Virus record (IMG/VR): IMGVR_UViG_3300030397_000879
Span: 1 to 26,837 of that record
Length of the DNA stretch: 26,837 bases
Direction: 5' to 3' (one strand)
Source: a virus
Taxonomy: Duplodnaviria; Caudoviricetes
The notes beneath the pieces are model-generated. The model saw only the letters and a program-made list of their open reading frames with translations. It had not been told where the DNA came from and did no database searches. The translations under genes and the position numbers were made by a program. This document shows, piece after piece, positions 1 to 8,339 of this stretch; position 1 is the first letter of the stretch; each line of letters begins with the position of its first letter.

Positions 1-99
1 CTGTCCAGTTGGCTTTAGTTTAAATTGTTATTGTAAGGAGTTGGTATGGTTGTTGAGCAGACTGATGAGACCGAGGGTGTTTTTGTTGAGAAGAATCAT

Positions 100-159
100 C
101 TATATATCTATGGAGAGTTGGAAGATAAGTAGGGTTATGATAATTTGTCTTTTGTACAT
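100..159 (-). CDS. Putative 19-aa hydrophobic peptide MYKRQIIITLLIFQLSIDI
   Basis: On the minus strand, AAAAGGAG (SD) is followed by AAACACC and ATG at 159-157, with TAG at 102-100. Read by hand; below the ORF-track cutoff. Confidence 0.35.
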   Translation of the reverse strand: MYKRQIIITLLIFQLSIDI

Positions 160-248
160 GGTGTTTCTCCTTTTGGGGATATTTTAGGGTGGATGGGGGG
201 TTAGCACAATGGAACAATATTTCTATGGCAGGGGGTGTGGGTGTTGGA

Positions 249-332
249 GATAATGGGGGGTACAAGAGCGCCTACTTATAACGAACTACAGATGTTTTAA
301 GCATTTCTGTACACAATTGCATATATAATTGT
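249..332 (+). promoter_or_regulatory. Tandem putative -10 elements (GATAAT 249-254; TATAAT 324-329 inside palindrome ACAATT-N8-AATTGT 313-332)
   Basis: Both hexamers and the palindrome are conserved in repeat copy 2 while neighbouring sequence diverges. No clear -35 elements. Confidence 0.5.
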
Positions 333-333
333 C

Positions 334-417
334 GATGGAAGCCCGTTGTGCAGATGTCTCTGGTTTTTGAGTTGGCGCTCTTTACAGGATGCTAATGCAC
401 GACGGGCTTTTGCCGTC
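334..417 (+). ncRNA. Structured antisense-loop RNA 1 (P4 CI / P1 C4-like architecture)
   Basis: Stem 339-352/396-409 has one G-U pair. Loop 370-384 is the exact reverse complement of 431-445 (directly before the HNH ATG) and partly complementary to 264-282. Confidence 0.75.
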
Positions 418-446
418 AGAAAAATATAGTTAAAGAGCGCCAACTT

Positions 447-827
447 ATGTTATATTTACCCCCTTTTTCCCTCTGGATGAAGCGCGAACGTCGTAAGCTT
501 TATCTGAATCGTTATCGTGCCAGGCAGCAAGGCTTGCCGGCGACCCTTGGCATTGCTGAATGGATGGAGATTTTGAAAGCACATAATTGGTCATGTGTCT
601 TTTGTGGTCGTCCGTATCAGAGTTTGGAGCATGTTATCCCGATCCATGGGGGTGGGGGCACAACGCCTGAGAATTGTGTGCCCAGTTGTATTGATTGCAA
701 CTATAAACGGAATCGGGTGGTGACGAATGCCCAAAATTTGGTGACGTTGATGCAAAACAATGCCTATGTGGTGGATGACTATATCCAAGCGTTGTTGGAT
801 GAGTTGGTGCCCCTGATTTGTGATTAA
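447..827 (+). CDS. HNH endonuclease, copy 1
   Basis: CVFC ... EHVIP ... GG ... N ... C-x2-CN pattern of the HNH/McrA-like family; lies upstream of the terminase genes. Confidence 0.9.
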   Translation: MLYLPPFSLWMKRERRKLYLNRYRARQQGLPATLGIAEWMEILKAHNWSCVFCGRPYQSLEHVIPIHGGGGTTPENCVPSCIDCNYKRNRVVTNAQNLVTLMQNNAYVVDDYIQALLDELVPLICD

Positions 828-864
828 GATTCAACTGTCCTGATAATTGAATATCGGTATATGT

Positions 865-915
865 GCGGTATATACCGCTGATACATTGCTATATATTGGG
901 TGTTTATGGTATAAT
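865..915 (+). promoter_or_regulatory. Putative late-operon promoter with upstream operator palindrome
   Basis: TTGCTA (886-891)-N18-TATAAT (910-915) with extended -10 TG (907-908). Perfect palindrome GCGGTATATACCGC at 865-878. Confidence 0.6.
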
Positions 916-948
916 TTGAGTGTTCGATTGTTCGAGCGTTTTGTACTT

Positions 949-1482
949 ATGGCTACCCAGAAAGCGTTGATTCCAGGTGTTGAAGATAGGGTGTTACCGA
1001 ATCAGGAACACCCTGAAGACCGTAAGCTTTTTGAGCTTATGTTGGGTGATTTGCCTTGGGCAGATGATTACTTGGATTTGGTGGCACAGTTTGGGTGGCG
1101 GAAGGCGGCTTATATTGCATGGGCAAGTCAGCCGCCTGATTTGCGTATACCAAAGACGGTCGCTGATACGAAAGAGGGGGAACGGGGGTTTGCCAGCCTT
1201 ATAGGTTGTTCGCCCCGTGCGATTCGTGGGTGGCGACAAAAGAATAGTGCCATTGATATGGCTATTTGCAAGGTGAGTATGGGGACATTGTTGGAGGCAC
1301 GGGCGGGTGTTTATGAAGCACTGATTGAATCGGCTTCTAACCCTAGCTATCGTCATGCCCCTGACCGTCGTACTTATCTCCAATTGACTGGGGATTTGGA
1401 GGAAACACACAATCATAACCATGCAATGAAACCAACTCAGATGAGTAATGATGAGTTGCGGGAGGCGGCTGGCCTGACATGA
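949..1482 (+). CDS. Terminase small subunit-like HTH protein
   Basis: HTH-like segment (FASLIGCSPRAIRGWRQ); stop overlaps the terL start (ATGA). Start moved to ATG 949, downstream of the promoter; the 847 start of the ORF track overlaps the promoter. Confidence 0.7.
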   Translation: MATQKALIPGVEDRVLPNQEHPEDRKLFELMLGDLPWADDYLDLVAQFGWRKAAYIAWASQPPDLRIPKTVADTKEGERGFASLIGCSPRAIRGWRQKNSAIDMAICKVSMGTLLEARAGVYEALIESASNPSYRHAPDRRTYLQLTGDLEETHNHNHAMKPTQMSNDELREAAGLT

Positions 1483-3089
1483 GTTTTGTGGACCCCACAC
1501 AAGCCAGACGTGAATTGGCACGTCGGGAATTGGCACAGGAGTCTTTGATTGATTTCTGTGCTTATGTTGATCCTGATGCGGCTTGGCCTGGGGCTGAGGA
1601 TGCGTTTGTGCAGAATCGGTATCGGGCACGGCATTTGAGGCTGATTGCCCAGTATATTGAGATGGCGATGAGTGGGGATTTGTGGCTGGGTGTGCCTGGT
1701 ACGGGGAAGAAGGTCCTTTTGATTACGACCCCACCAGGGCATTGGAAGTCTTCTTTGGTAAGTCGTAAGTTTCCCGCTTGGTTTGTGGGGCATCAGACGT
1801 TGCATAAGTGGCCTCATCAGCTTATTTTGACGAGTTATAACGCGGCTTTGGCTGAAGGGAATAATACAAAGGTAATTGATACGATTGCGGAGAATGCGTT
1901 GTATCGGAATGTTTTCCCACAGGTGGTGCCGAGTAAGCGGGAATGGAGTGCCCAGAAGTGGTCTTTGGCAGAGGATACCGCCTTTACGACTTGCCGAGCG
2001 GCTGGTGTGGGGGGTGGTTTGACGGGGTATCACGCACGGGTAGCCGTGGTGGATGACCCGATTAAGAGCCGAAAGGATGCCAATAGCCCGACGTTTATCA
2101 GTACGTTGTGGGATTGGTGGAATGATGAATTGCGTACTCGTCTATTGGATGAGGATTCTTTTATTTTAGGCATTTGGACGCGTTGGTCTGAGAATGACCC
2201 AGCGGGGAAGATTTTGACAGCGAAGCAGAATGGTCAGAATGAAGACCAGGTGGTGCTGTTGCGGTTGCCTGCTTTGGCAGAGACGCATAAGGAACGGGTG
2301 AGTGCTGGGAAGATGGGATTGCCCATTGATAAGGCTGACCCGTTGGGACGAAAGGCTGGAGAGGCGTTGTGGCCGGAAGTGGAAAGTGCTGGACAGCATG
2401 AGGCCACGCGTAAGAGTATTCCAGCCACCTTTGATTCTCTCTATCAAGGACGCCCACGACCGGCTGGTGGTTTTATTGCGGGTCGGGAACAGTTCCAGAT
2501 ATTGACAAGTAAGCCCCGTAAGCATGTGAAATGGGTATGGGGAACGGATTGGGCGATAACTGAGAAAGAGTCTGCACCTAAAGGTAATGCTGACCCAGAC
2601 TATACAGTGGCAGCGTTGGTGGGCTTATGGACACCCAACGGTGACAAGAAGGATAGTCGTTTGATTATTGCCCGCATTGCAAGAGGCCAACACAAGACTA
2701 GAAAAGCCAAAAATATGATTAAAAAGGTGTGTTCGTCGTACAAGTGCCCTATATATGGGGGTCAGGCACACATTGAAACCATCGTGTTTGATGACTTGCG
2801 CTATGATTCGCAGCTTATTGATTACCGCCTTAAAGTGTTGAAGCCCAGCCAAATGCCAGGGGATAAGGTGACACGGGCTAAGACGTGGTTGGAAGACCGT
2901 TTGGAAGCGGGGCAGGTGTATGTGTTGCAGGGGCCTTGGAATGAGGATTTCTTTGATGAGGTGGAGAAGTTTCCGCATGGTGCCCATGACGATCAGATTG
3001 ATGCTATTAGTGTGGCTGTTCATGCTTTGGGGCTGGGGCAACGGAGTAAGCAGGTACAAAGTGCCACTGTGAGGGGGTTTGGGTACTGA
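1479..3089 (+). CDS. terL: Terminase large subunit
   Basis: Walker A-like PPGHWKS, AAGVGGGLTG, Walker B VVDDPIK, TRW coupling motif, nuclease motifs DWA/DYT and FPHGAHDDQIDA. Confidence 0.95.
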   Translation: MSFVDPTQARRELARRELAQESLIDFCAYVDPDAAWPGAEDAFVQNRYRARHLRLIAQYIEMAMSGDLWLGVPGTGKKVLLITTPPGHWKSSLVSRKFPAWFVGHQTLHKWPHQLILTSYNAALAEGNNTKVIDTIAENALYRNVFPQVVPSKREWSAQKWSLAEDTAFTTCRAAGVGGGLTGYHARVAVVDDPIKSRKDANSPTFISTLWDWWNDELRTRLLDEDSFILGIWTRWSENDPAGKILTAKQNGQNEDQVVLLRLPALAETHKERVSAGKMGLPIDKADPLGRKAGEALWPEVESAGQHEATRKSIPATFDSLYQGRPRPAGGFIAGREQFQILTSKPRKHVKWVWGTDWAITEKESAPKGNADPDYTVAALVGLWTPNGDKKDSRLIIARIARGQHKTRKAKNMIKKVCSSYKCPIYGGQAHIETIVFDDLRYDSQLIDYRLKVLKPSQMPGDKVTRAKTWLEDRLEAGQVYVLQGPWNEDFFDEVEKFPHGAHDDQIDAISVAVHALGLGQRSKQVQSATVRGFGY

Positions 3090-4384
3090 TGGCTGAGAAT
3101 ATATCGAGTATTTTTGATTTGCCAGAGTTTAAACCGTATCACGATGTATTTAGAGCACGGGCGAACCGGTTTGGGACGTATTGGAAATATTATAAGGCTG
3201 AGGTGTACAAGGGTGAGTCTTACAAGACTGTTGTAGGACAAGCTGTCGGACAACGGATTGCGAATATGGTACGTCCGTTGTTTACGCCTTTGGCACGGGC
3301 TGTGAATCTTGATGTGGCGTTGATTCCAGGGGAGTGGCAACTGAATGAGTGGACACGTCCCCACAAAGCTGTAATTGATACGCTCTTTGAACAATCCAAG
3401 TGGGATGTTCAGGGAGATTTGTTTGTGAAGTTTGTGGTGAGTATGGGTGAGGCTGCCCTTTATGTGGTGGATGACCGTGAAAATAAGACGGTGATGTGGC
3501 AGGTGTTACGGCCTGACAGTTATTTGCCTATTTATCGGTCTGCTTTTGACCCTACCTTACGTAAACTGATTTTATTCACAGAGGCTCCTTTGGAAGGCGA
3601 TGGCGACATGGCTGAGGTCGCTTTTGTCCTTGAACCTGACAAGGTACGGACCTTCCATGGGGGGGAGCTGACTCCTTTTATGGGGAGACCGGTTGAGTAT
3701 GCTAATCCGTTGGGGTTTGTGCCGGCGGTGGTGTGTCAGAATGACCCTGGGGATGGCATGGGAGAACCGACGTTTGATGATGCCATTGCCAGTCTTGACC
3801 AAGTGAATTTACAGGCCACGTATTTGGCGAATATCATCCAGAAACATGCTGAGCCGCAATGGGCAACTTTTGGTGCTGAGCCTGGTGATTTGGAGAAGAG
3901 TGGCGATAAGGTTTGGTTTTTCCCTGAAGGGAGTGATGTGAAGGCTGTTTTGGCTCAGGTGGACTTCGAGGGAGTGTTGAAGTTTATCCAAGAGGTGAAA
4001 GAAGAGGTGAAAGAGTCTTTGCCAGAGTTAGCGATTGCCAAGCTGGTCGGGGTGCAACGGGTAGCGGCAGCCACGATTGAATTACAGTTGGCTGAGGCTG
4101 TGTTTAAGATTCGTCGCTTACGTAAGCCGATTGATATGGCGTTGGCTGAGGCGTTGCGGATGACGGGCAAGATTGCCACTGATATGGGCAATTCTGAGGT
4201 GGGTGTCTTGGATGTGGTTGGTTTGGGCATGGATAAGAAGCGGCCTGTAATTACGCTGGATGCGTTGACGCGAACGCAGATTCAACAGGCGGAGATGAGT
4301 CAGGAGCTGCAATCGATTGCTTTGGAACGGGAACGGGCCATGCTGATTACGGAAGGTGAGGAGGAGGAATTGACCGATGCCTAA
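3089..4384 (+). CDS. Portal protein (SPP1-like)
   Basis: 431 aa directly after terL; NPLGFVP-like motif seen in SPP1-type portals; coiled C-terminus. Confidence 0.85.
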   Translation: MAENISSIFDLPEFKPYHDVFRARANRFGTYWKYYKAEVYKGESYKTVVGQAVGQRIANMVRPLFTPLARAVNLDVALIPGEWQLNEWTRPHKAVIDTLFEQSKWDVQGDLFVKFVVSMGEAALYVVDDRENKTVMWQVLRPDSYLPIYRSAFDPTLRKLILFTEAPLEGDGDMAEVAFVLEPDKVRTFHGGELTPFMGRPVEYANPLGFVPAVVCQNDPGDGMGEPTFDDAIASLDQVNLQATYLANIIQKHAEPQWATFGAEPGDLEKSGDKVWFFPEGSDVKAVLAQVDFEGVLKFIQEVKEEVKESLPELAIAKLVGVQRVAAATIELQLAEAVFKIRRLRKPIDMALAEALRMTGKIATDMGNSEVGVLDVVGLGMDKKRPVITLDALTRTQIQQAEMSQELQSIALERERAMLITEGEEEELTDA

Positions 4385-5285
4385 TGTTCGTGATGAGATG
4401 ATGCATTCGATTGACAAGGCACAGGCGGCTTTGTTGCGTCGAGAGAAGATTTTAGCCAAGCAGATTATGCGGGCTTATCATCGAGCGCGTCATGATTTGG
4501 TTGATGCCTTGATGCAGGCTTTTAGTCAGTTGCCGAATGAGCCTAGTGCTAGTCAGATTCGGACGATTGCCAACAATTTGTCTTTGATTCGGGCGATTGA
4601 AGCCCGTTTACGGGATTTGGAGCGAGAATTTAGTAGTGTCTTGACCACTGGTTTGACTGAAGCCAGTCAAGCGGCTTTTGCTCAGGCAGCGGCTGAGATT
4701 GCTTTGCTTGTTCAGGAATTGGGGGTGGAGGTTTTTGCTTTTTCTGTAGATAGCTTGTTGGAGCTGACGATTCAACCCGCGATTGACCAGGTGCCTGATA
4801 TTGTAGCGGCTTTGCGAGCGAATTTGTTGTCTACTATTCGGGAGCGGTTAGCGGCTGGGGATCGTTTTAGTGATATTGCTCAAGCGGTTTTGGCTGTGAA
4901 TGAGAGTGTGTTTAGTAATGGGGTGACCAGTGCTGAGCTGATGGTACGACGGTCAATTATTCAGGCGAATAACAACAGTAAGATGCTGTATTACGAGCAA
5001 AGCGGTATTCCGAAGTTGCAAAAACAGGTGATTGCTAAGGTGTCTGCTAAGACGACCAAGACATGTTTACGAGTTCATGGTCAGATCAAGGATTTGGATG
5101 AGCCGTTTACGATTACGGGCAAGCCTTCGTTTGGTCGGAAGCAAATGCATCCCCCTTTTCATTGGAATTGCCGAACGACTGTAGCTCCTTATCTGCCTCA
5201 GTTTGAAAATGATAGTAATTTAACAACTCGTGATATGCGGGATGCCGCCCGTCAGGAGTTGAGAGATAGAGAATCCACCCCGTAG
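4377..5285 (+). CDS. Minor head morphogenesis protein (SPP1 gp7 / Mu gpF family)
   Basis: C..HG and PPFHWNCRT C-terminal motifs; position after portal. Confidence 0.85.
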   Translation: MPNVRDEMMHSIDKAQAALLRREKILAKQIMRAYHRARHDLVDALMQAFSQLPNEPSASQIRTIANNLSLIRAIEARLRDLEREFSSVLTTGLTEASQAAFAQAAAEIALLVQELGVEVFAFSVDSLLELTIQPAIDQVPDIVAALRANLLSTIRERLAAGDRFSDIAQAVLAVNESVFSNGVTSAELMVRRSIIQANNNSKMLYYEQSGIPKLQKQVIAKVSAKTTKTCLRVHGQIKDLDEPFTITGKPSFGRKQMHPPFHWNCRTTVAPYLPQFENDSNLTTRDMRDAARQELRDRESTP

Positions 5286-5297
5286 GTGTAAAAAACG
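5276..5297 (+). promoter_or_regulatory. Mini H-type pseudoknot motif upstream of the scaffold RBS
   Basis: CACC(5276-79)/GGTG(5285-88); loop CGT(5281-83) pairs with ACG(5295-97) after a TAAAAA linker. Same architecture at 5830-5853. Confidence 0.5.
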
Positions 5298-5307
5298 AAA
5301 GGAATTG

Positions 5308-5811
5308 ATGATGGCTGATGAAGATAACACCAACCCACAACCCATAGAGGAACAAGCGACAGGGGACAACAATGACCCTAAGCCTGTGCCTTATAACCGC
5401 TTTAAGCAGGTGAATGACCAGCTCAGACAGTCCAATGCTTTGATTGAGCAGTTGCAAGCTGAACGGAAGCAACAAGAGGAAGCGGCATTGGCTGAGGAAA
5501 ATAAATATAAGGAGCTGTATGAAACGAGAGAAGCGGAGTTGAAAGCTGAAAAACAAGCCCATTTGAGAGCGAAAGTGGCGTTGAAGTTGGGGTTGCCTGC
5601 GGAAATTGCCGGCCGGTTACAAGGGGATACGGAAGAAGCATTGATGACTGATGCCCAAGGGTTGCAAGCTTTGCTAAAGCCAGCAAGTCCAGGTATGCCC
5701 AAAGCCCCGAAACCAGGGGCAACAACGATTACCGCTACCCAATTGGATGATCCCAAATGGGTACGTGAAAACACCAAGAATTTAGTCAAGGATGCGAAGC
5801 TGCATTCTTAA
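5308..5811 (+). CDS. Capsid scaffolding protein
   Basis: VPYNRFKQVN motif, acidic coiled coil, GLP...RLQGDTEE; located between minor head and capsid genes; SD AAAGGA. Confidence 0.85.
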   Translation: MMADEDNTNPQPIEEQATGDNNDPKPVPYNRFKQVNDQLRQSNALIEQLQAERKQQEEAALAEENKYKELYETREAELKAEKQAHLRAKVALKLGLPAEIAGRLQGDTEEALMTDAQGLQALLKPASPGMPKAPKPGATTITATQLDDPKWVRENTKNLVKDAKLHS

Positions 5812-5823
5812 TTTTTTGTTTTC

Positions 5824-5865
5824 TCCTGTCGTGTCGTAGCACGTAAAAAACGAAGTTGTACAGGA
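5824..5865 (+). promoter_or_regulatory. Mini H-type pseudoknot motif upstream of the major capsid gene
   Basis: CGTG(5830-33)/CACG(5840-43) and TCGT(5834-37)/ACGA(5850-53), enclosed by TCCTGT(5824-29)/ACAGGA(5860-65). Confidence 0.5.
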
Positions 5866-5896
5866 ATTAATTGATTAACGATTAGGAGAAATTATC

Positions 5897-6793
5897 ATGG
5901 CAAATATTACAACTGCTGAGGTGACATTAGCCACCATTATTGCGGCTAATGCCCTTGGTTCTTTAAAAGCCAATACTGTTTTAGCCAATCTTGTCATTCG
6001 GGATTGGGACAATGAAGTGGCTACGCATGGGCAAACCATTACGGTACCTATTCGTGGGGCTTTATCTGTCAATGACAAAGCCGCCAATACCGACATTACA
6101 TTGCAAACCCCCAATGATTCCACTGCCTCTGTGACTTTGAATAAGCACAAAGAAGTGTCTTTTGTGATTGAGGACATTGCCAAAGCGTTGTCACGTCCTG
6201 ACTATTTGATGGGATATGTTGATGATGCAGTGGTGGCCTTGGCTGAGCAAATTGATACTGACTTGGCTGGTTTATACAGTGGTTTGTCGCAAACCATTGA
6301 TGCCACCAGTGGGTTAGGGGAAGATGATTTTCGTGAAGGACGTCGTCTCTTAAATAGTGCCAAAGCTCCTTTGAGCAATCGACATGCTGTCGTGCATGAA
6401 GATGCCGAATACGAGCTTTTAGCGATTGAAAAGTTTATACGCTCTGATTACCCAGGCTTACAAGGACAAAGTGGGGCCTTAGTGGATTCCTTCAGTGGTC
6501 GCTTTATGGGCTTCAATGTTCATATGGACCAGAAGATTGCTGTGGCTAGTTCACAATGCAAAAACTTGTTCTTCCATCGTGACGCGATGGTGTTGGCAAC
6601 GCGTCAATTGCCCAATGCGCCAGCGGAGCTGGGTGTGATGCAACGCACCATGAGTGAAGATGGCGTTGGTTTACGGGTAACACTCAGTTATGACCATGAC
6701 AAATTAGGTACTAAAGCCACCATTGATTGTCTCTATGGTGTGGCTGAGGTGCGTGATAATCATGGTGTAGCTGTTTCCACTTCTGAAATTTAA
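5897..6793 (+). CDS. Major capsid protein (P22 coat-like, HK97 fold)
   Basis: GQTITVP, LAEQID, GRFMGFNV, FHRDA and D.LYG motifs; SD AGGAG; position after scaffold. Confidence 0.9.
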   Translation: MANITTAEVTLATIIAANALGSLKANTVLANLVIRDWDNEVATHGQTITVPIRGALSVNDKAANTDITLQTPNDSTASVTLNKHKEVSFVIEDIAKALSRPDYLMGYVDDAVVALAEQIDTDLAGLYSGLSQTIDATSGLGEDDFREGRRLLNSAKAPLSNRHAVVHEDAEYELLAIEKFIRSDYPGLQGQSGALVDSFSGRFMGFNVHMDQKIAVASSQCKNLFFHRDAMVLATRQLPNAPAELGVMQRTMSEDGVGLRVTLSYDHDKLGTKATIDCLYGVAEVRDNHGVAVSTSEI

Positions 6794-6835
6794 TCCATAT
6801 TGATTGACTGAAAATTTCAGTTAAGGAGTAAAGTG

Positions 6836-7213
6836 ATGCCTATTTTTGAACGAGGCCGTGATGTCAAAATTGATGCCCTTTTCACTGTTGGGGCTGAGTC
6901 TTCCAATGTCATTAACGTCGCTATCCAATTGGTTGATCGGGATAACCGCACTGAGGTGGATGAGCGTGTAGGGTTGGCTTATTACTGGTCAGATGATGCC
7001 AATGGTGACACACCAAGTAGCACCCCCCCCACCACAACGGCTATTGGTACCGATGGGGGTATTACCAATAGCGGTGCTGTAGGCAATGTCATTAGTGAAA
7101 CTGATGGTGACCTCGATCTTGATGTCACTGAGGCAGGGACTGGCACTTGGTATCTGAATCTCATTCTACCTGATGGCAAAGTGATGACATCAGGGGCTGT
7201 GACATTCGCGTAA
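6836..7213 (+). CDS. Putative head decoration / Ig-like virion protein
   Basis: Beta-rich, acidic, Gly/Thr-rich; follows the capsid gene before a terminator; SD AAGGAG. Confidence 0.55.
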   Translation: MPIFERGRDVKIDALFTVGAESSNVINVAIQLVDRDNRTEVDERVGLAYYWSDDANGDTPSSTPPTTTAIGTDGGITNSGAVGNVISETDGDLDLDVTEAGTGTWYLNLILPDGKVMTSGAVTFA

Positions 7214-7238
7214 TTTTTATATTTTGATTGTGTAAGTG

Positions 7239-7268
7239 GGTGGCTTGTCTGTGAGCAAGCCACCTTTT
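7239..7268 (+). terminator. Intrinsic terminator after the capsid/decoration genes
   Basis: GGTGGCTTG(7239-47)/CAAGCCACC(7256-64) followed by TTTT. Confidence 0.65.
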
Positions 7269-7280
7269 AGGAGTTTTGTT

Positions 7281-7502
7281 ATGGCAACAAGAAAAACCAA
7301 ACGTTATTTCATTGTGAATCCTGCGGGAGCCATTCATGAGGTGACCAAGGAACATGCGGCTGAACGGTTGCGCCAAGCTGGTTATCGTAAGGCCACTGTA
7401 ACTGAGGTGAAGAAGTTGCAAGCTGCCAATGGTAAACAGGTATGGAAAAGCCCTATTTGTGAACCTTGGGACCCCACACCAGAGGCAATTGAGCTGGACT
7501 AA
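7281..7502 (+). CDS. Hypothetical basic protein
   Basis: SD AGGAG at 7269-73, ATG 7281; fills the gap in the operon. Confidence 0.7.
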   Translation: MATRKTKRYFIVNPAGAIHEVTKEHAAERLRQAGYRKATVTEVKKLQAANGKQVWKSPICEPWDPTPEAIELD

Positions 7503-7505
7503 GCC

Positions 7506-8339
7506 ATGAGTGGAAACCGTATCAGCAATGGTGGGTTTAATGGTGATGCCGCTAACTGGACGTTGGGCAGCTCTGCGGCCTTTATTGCTTCTCAAGGCAA
7601 GAAGGAACTGGGTGCTGTACATCTGGCAGGGGCTGGTGATTTCCTAGAGCAAAGCTTTACGGTGCCTGTAGGCCGTGACCAAATGATTGACGTTTGGGTC
7701 AAGAGTGTATCGGGTGCGGGTAATCTGAGTCTGACGATTACGAATAGTGCTGGGGATACAGTGCATACAGCCACTTTATCCGTGACTGCATCGTGGGCTA
7801 ATGCTCTGAGTAGTCGCACGGGTTTACCTGAAGGTAATTTCACTTTTAAGCTGGCTTATAGTGATGTGGCTTGTTATGTAGATGACATCAGTTTGGCATG
7901 GGTAATTAAGACACGGGCTGAATTGGCGGCCTGGGTGCATGATTTGCTGGGGAATCTGGCTTCAGATTCGACCGATGGACCAGGGTATAGCACAGCTGCC
8001 AGTGGTAGCGATACGGAAGGGGATTACACAGAAGCTGTTGATTATGGCCTGCGTCAAGTGGGGGCTGTAGATGAACGGGGTGAACCTGATGTACGTTGTC
8101 TGGATGAGGACAACTTGGACATTTGTATTGATGAGATTCAGAAGTACATGTTGCACAAATTGCATCGGTATTATGCCTTGAAAGCCACTGACTTTACCTT
8201 GGAAGGACGTACAGAACGCTATAACCAGCGCGTGAAAGCCATTGAAAATCTTTTGGGTATTGCTGTCGGTGGACGACCTTCTGCCAGTGGACGCGGGGTG
8301 CAAACCCGTAAGCTGATACATCAGGGGGTTTTGGGCTGA
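7506..8339 (+). CDS. Putative head-tail adaptor with N-terminal carbohydrate-binding-module-like domain
   Basis: N-terminus NRISNGGF...W ... YVDDISL resembles CBM4/9-like jelly rolls; helical C-terminal half; adaptor position. Confidence 0.55.
   Translation: MSGNRISNGGFNGDAANWTLGSSAAFIASQGKKELGAVHLAGAGDFLEQSFTVPVGRDQMIDVWVKSVSGAGNLSLTITNSAGDTVHTATLSVTASWANALSSRTGLPEGNFTFKLAYSDVACYVDDISLAWVIKTRAELAAWVHDLLGNLASDSTDGPGYSTAASGSDTEGDYTEAVDYGLRQVGAVDERGEPDVRCLDEDNLDICIDEIQKYMLHKLHRYYALKATDFTLEGRTERYNQRVKAIENLLGIAVGGRPSASGRGVQTRKLIHQGVLG

Larger units (their letters stand above)
209..830 (+). repeat. Long imperfect direct repeat, copy 1 (leader + HNH gene)
   Basis: Aligns with 19159-~19780 at offset 18,950. 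Shared blocks are ATGGAACAAT, GATAATGGGGGGTACAAG, CACAATT-CATATATAATTGTCG, GGGCTTT-GCCGTCAGAA and a near-identical HNH coding sequence. Confidence 0.95.

Noticed and set aside
1730-1752. Atypical terminase Walker A (PPGHWKS rather than PPRHGKS)
   Set aside because: The residue before KS varies among terminases of this type and all other catalytic motifs are intact.
6805-6823. Near-palindrome TGACTGAAA-A-TTTCAGTTA before the 6836 SD
   Set aside because: Single occurrence and AT-rich, with no second copy to support a function.
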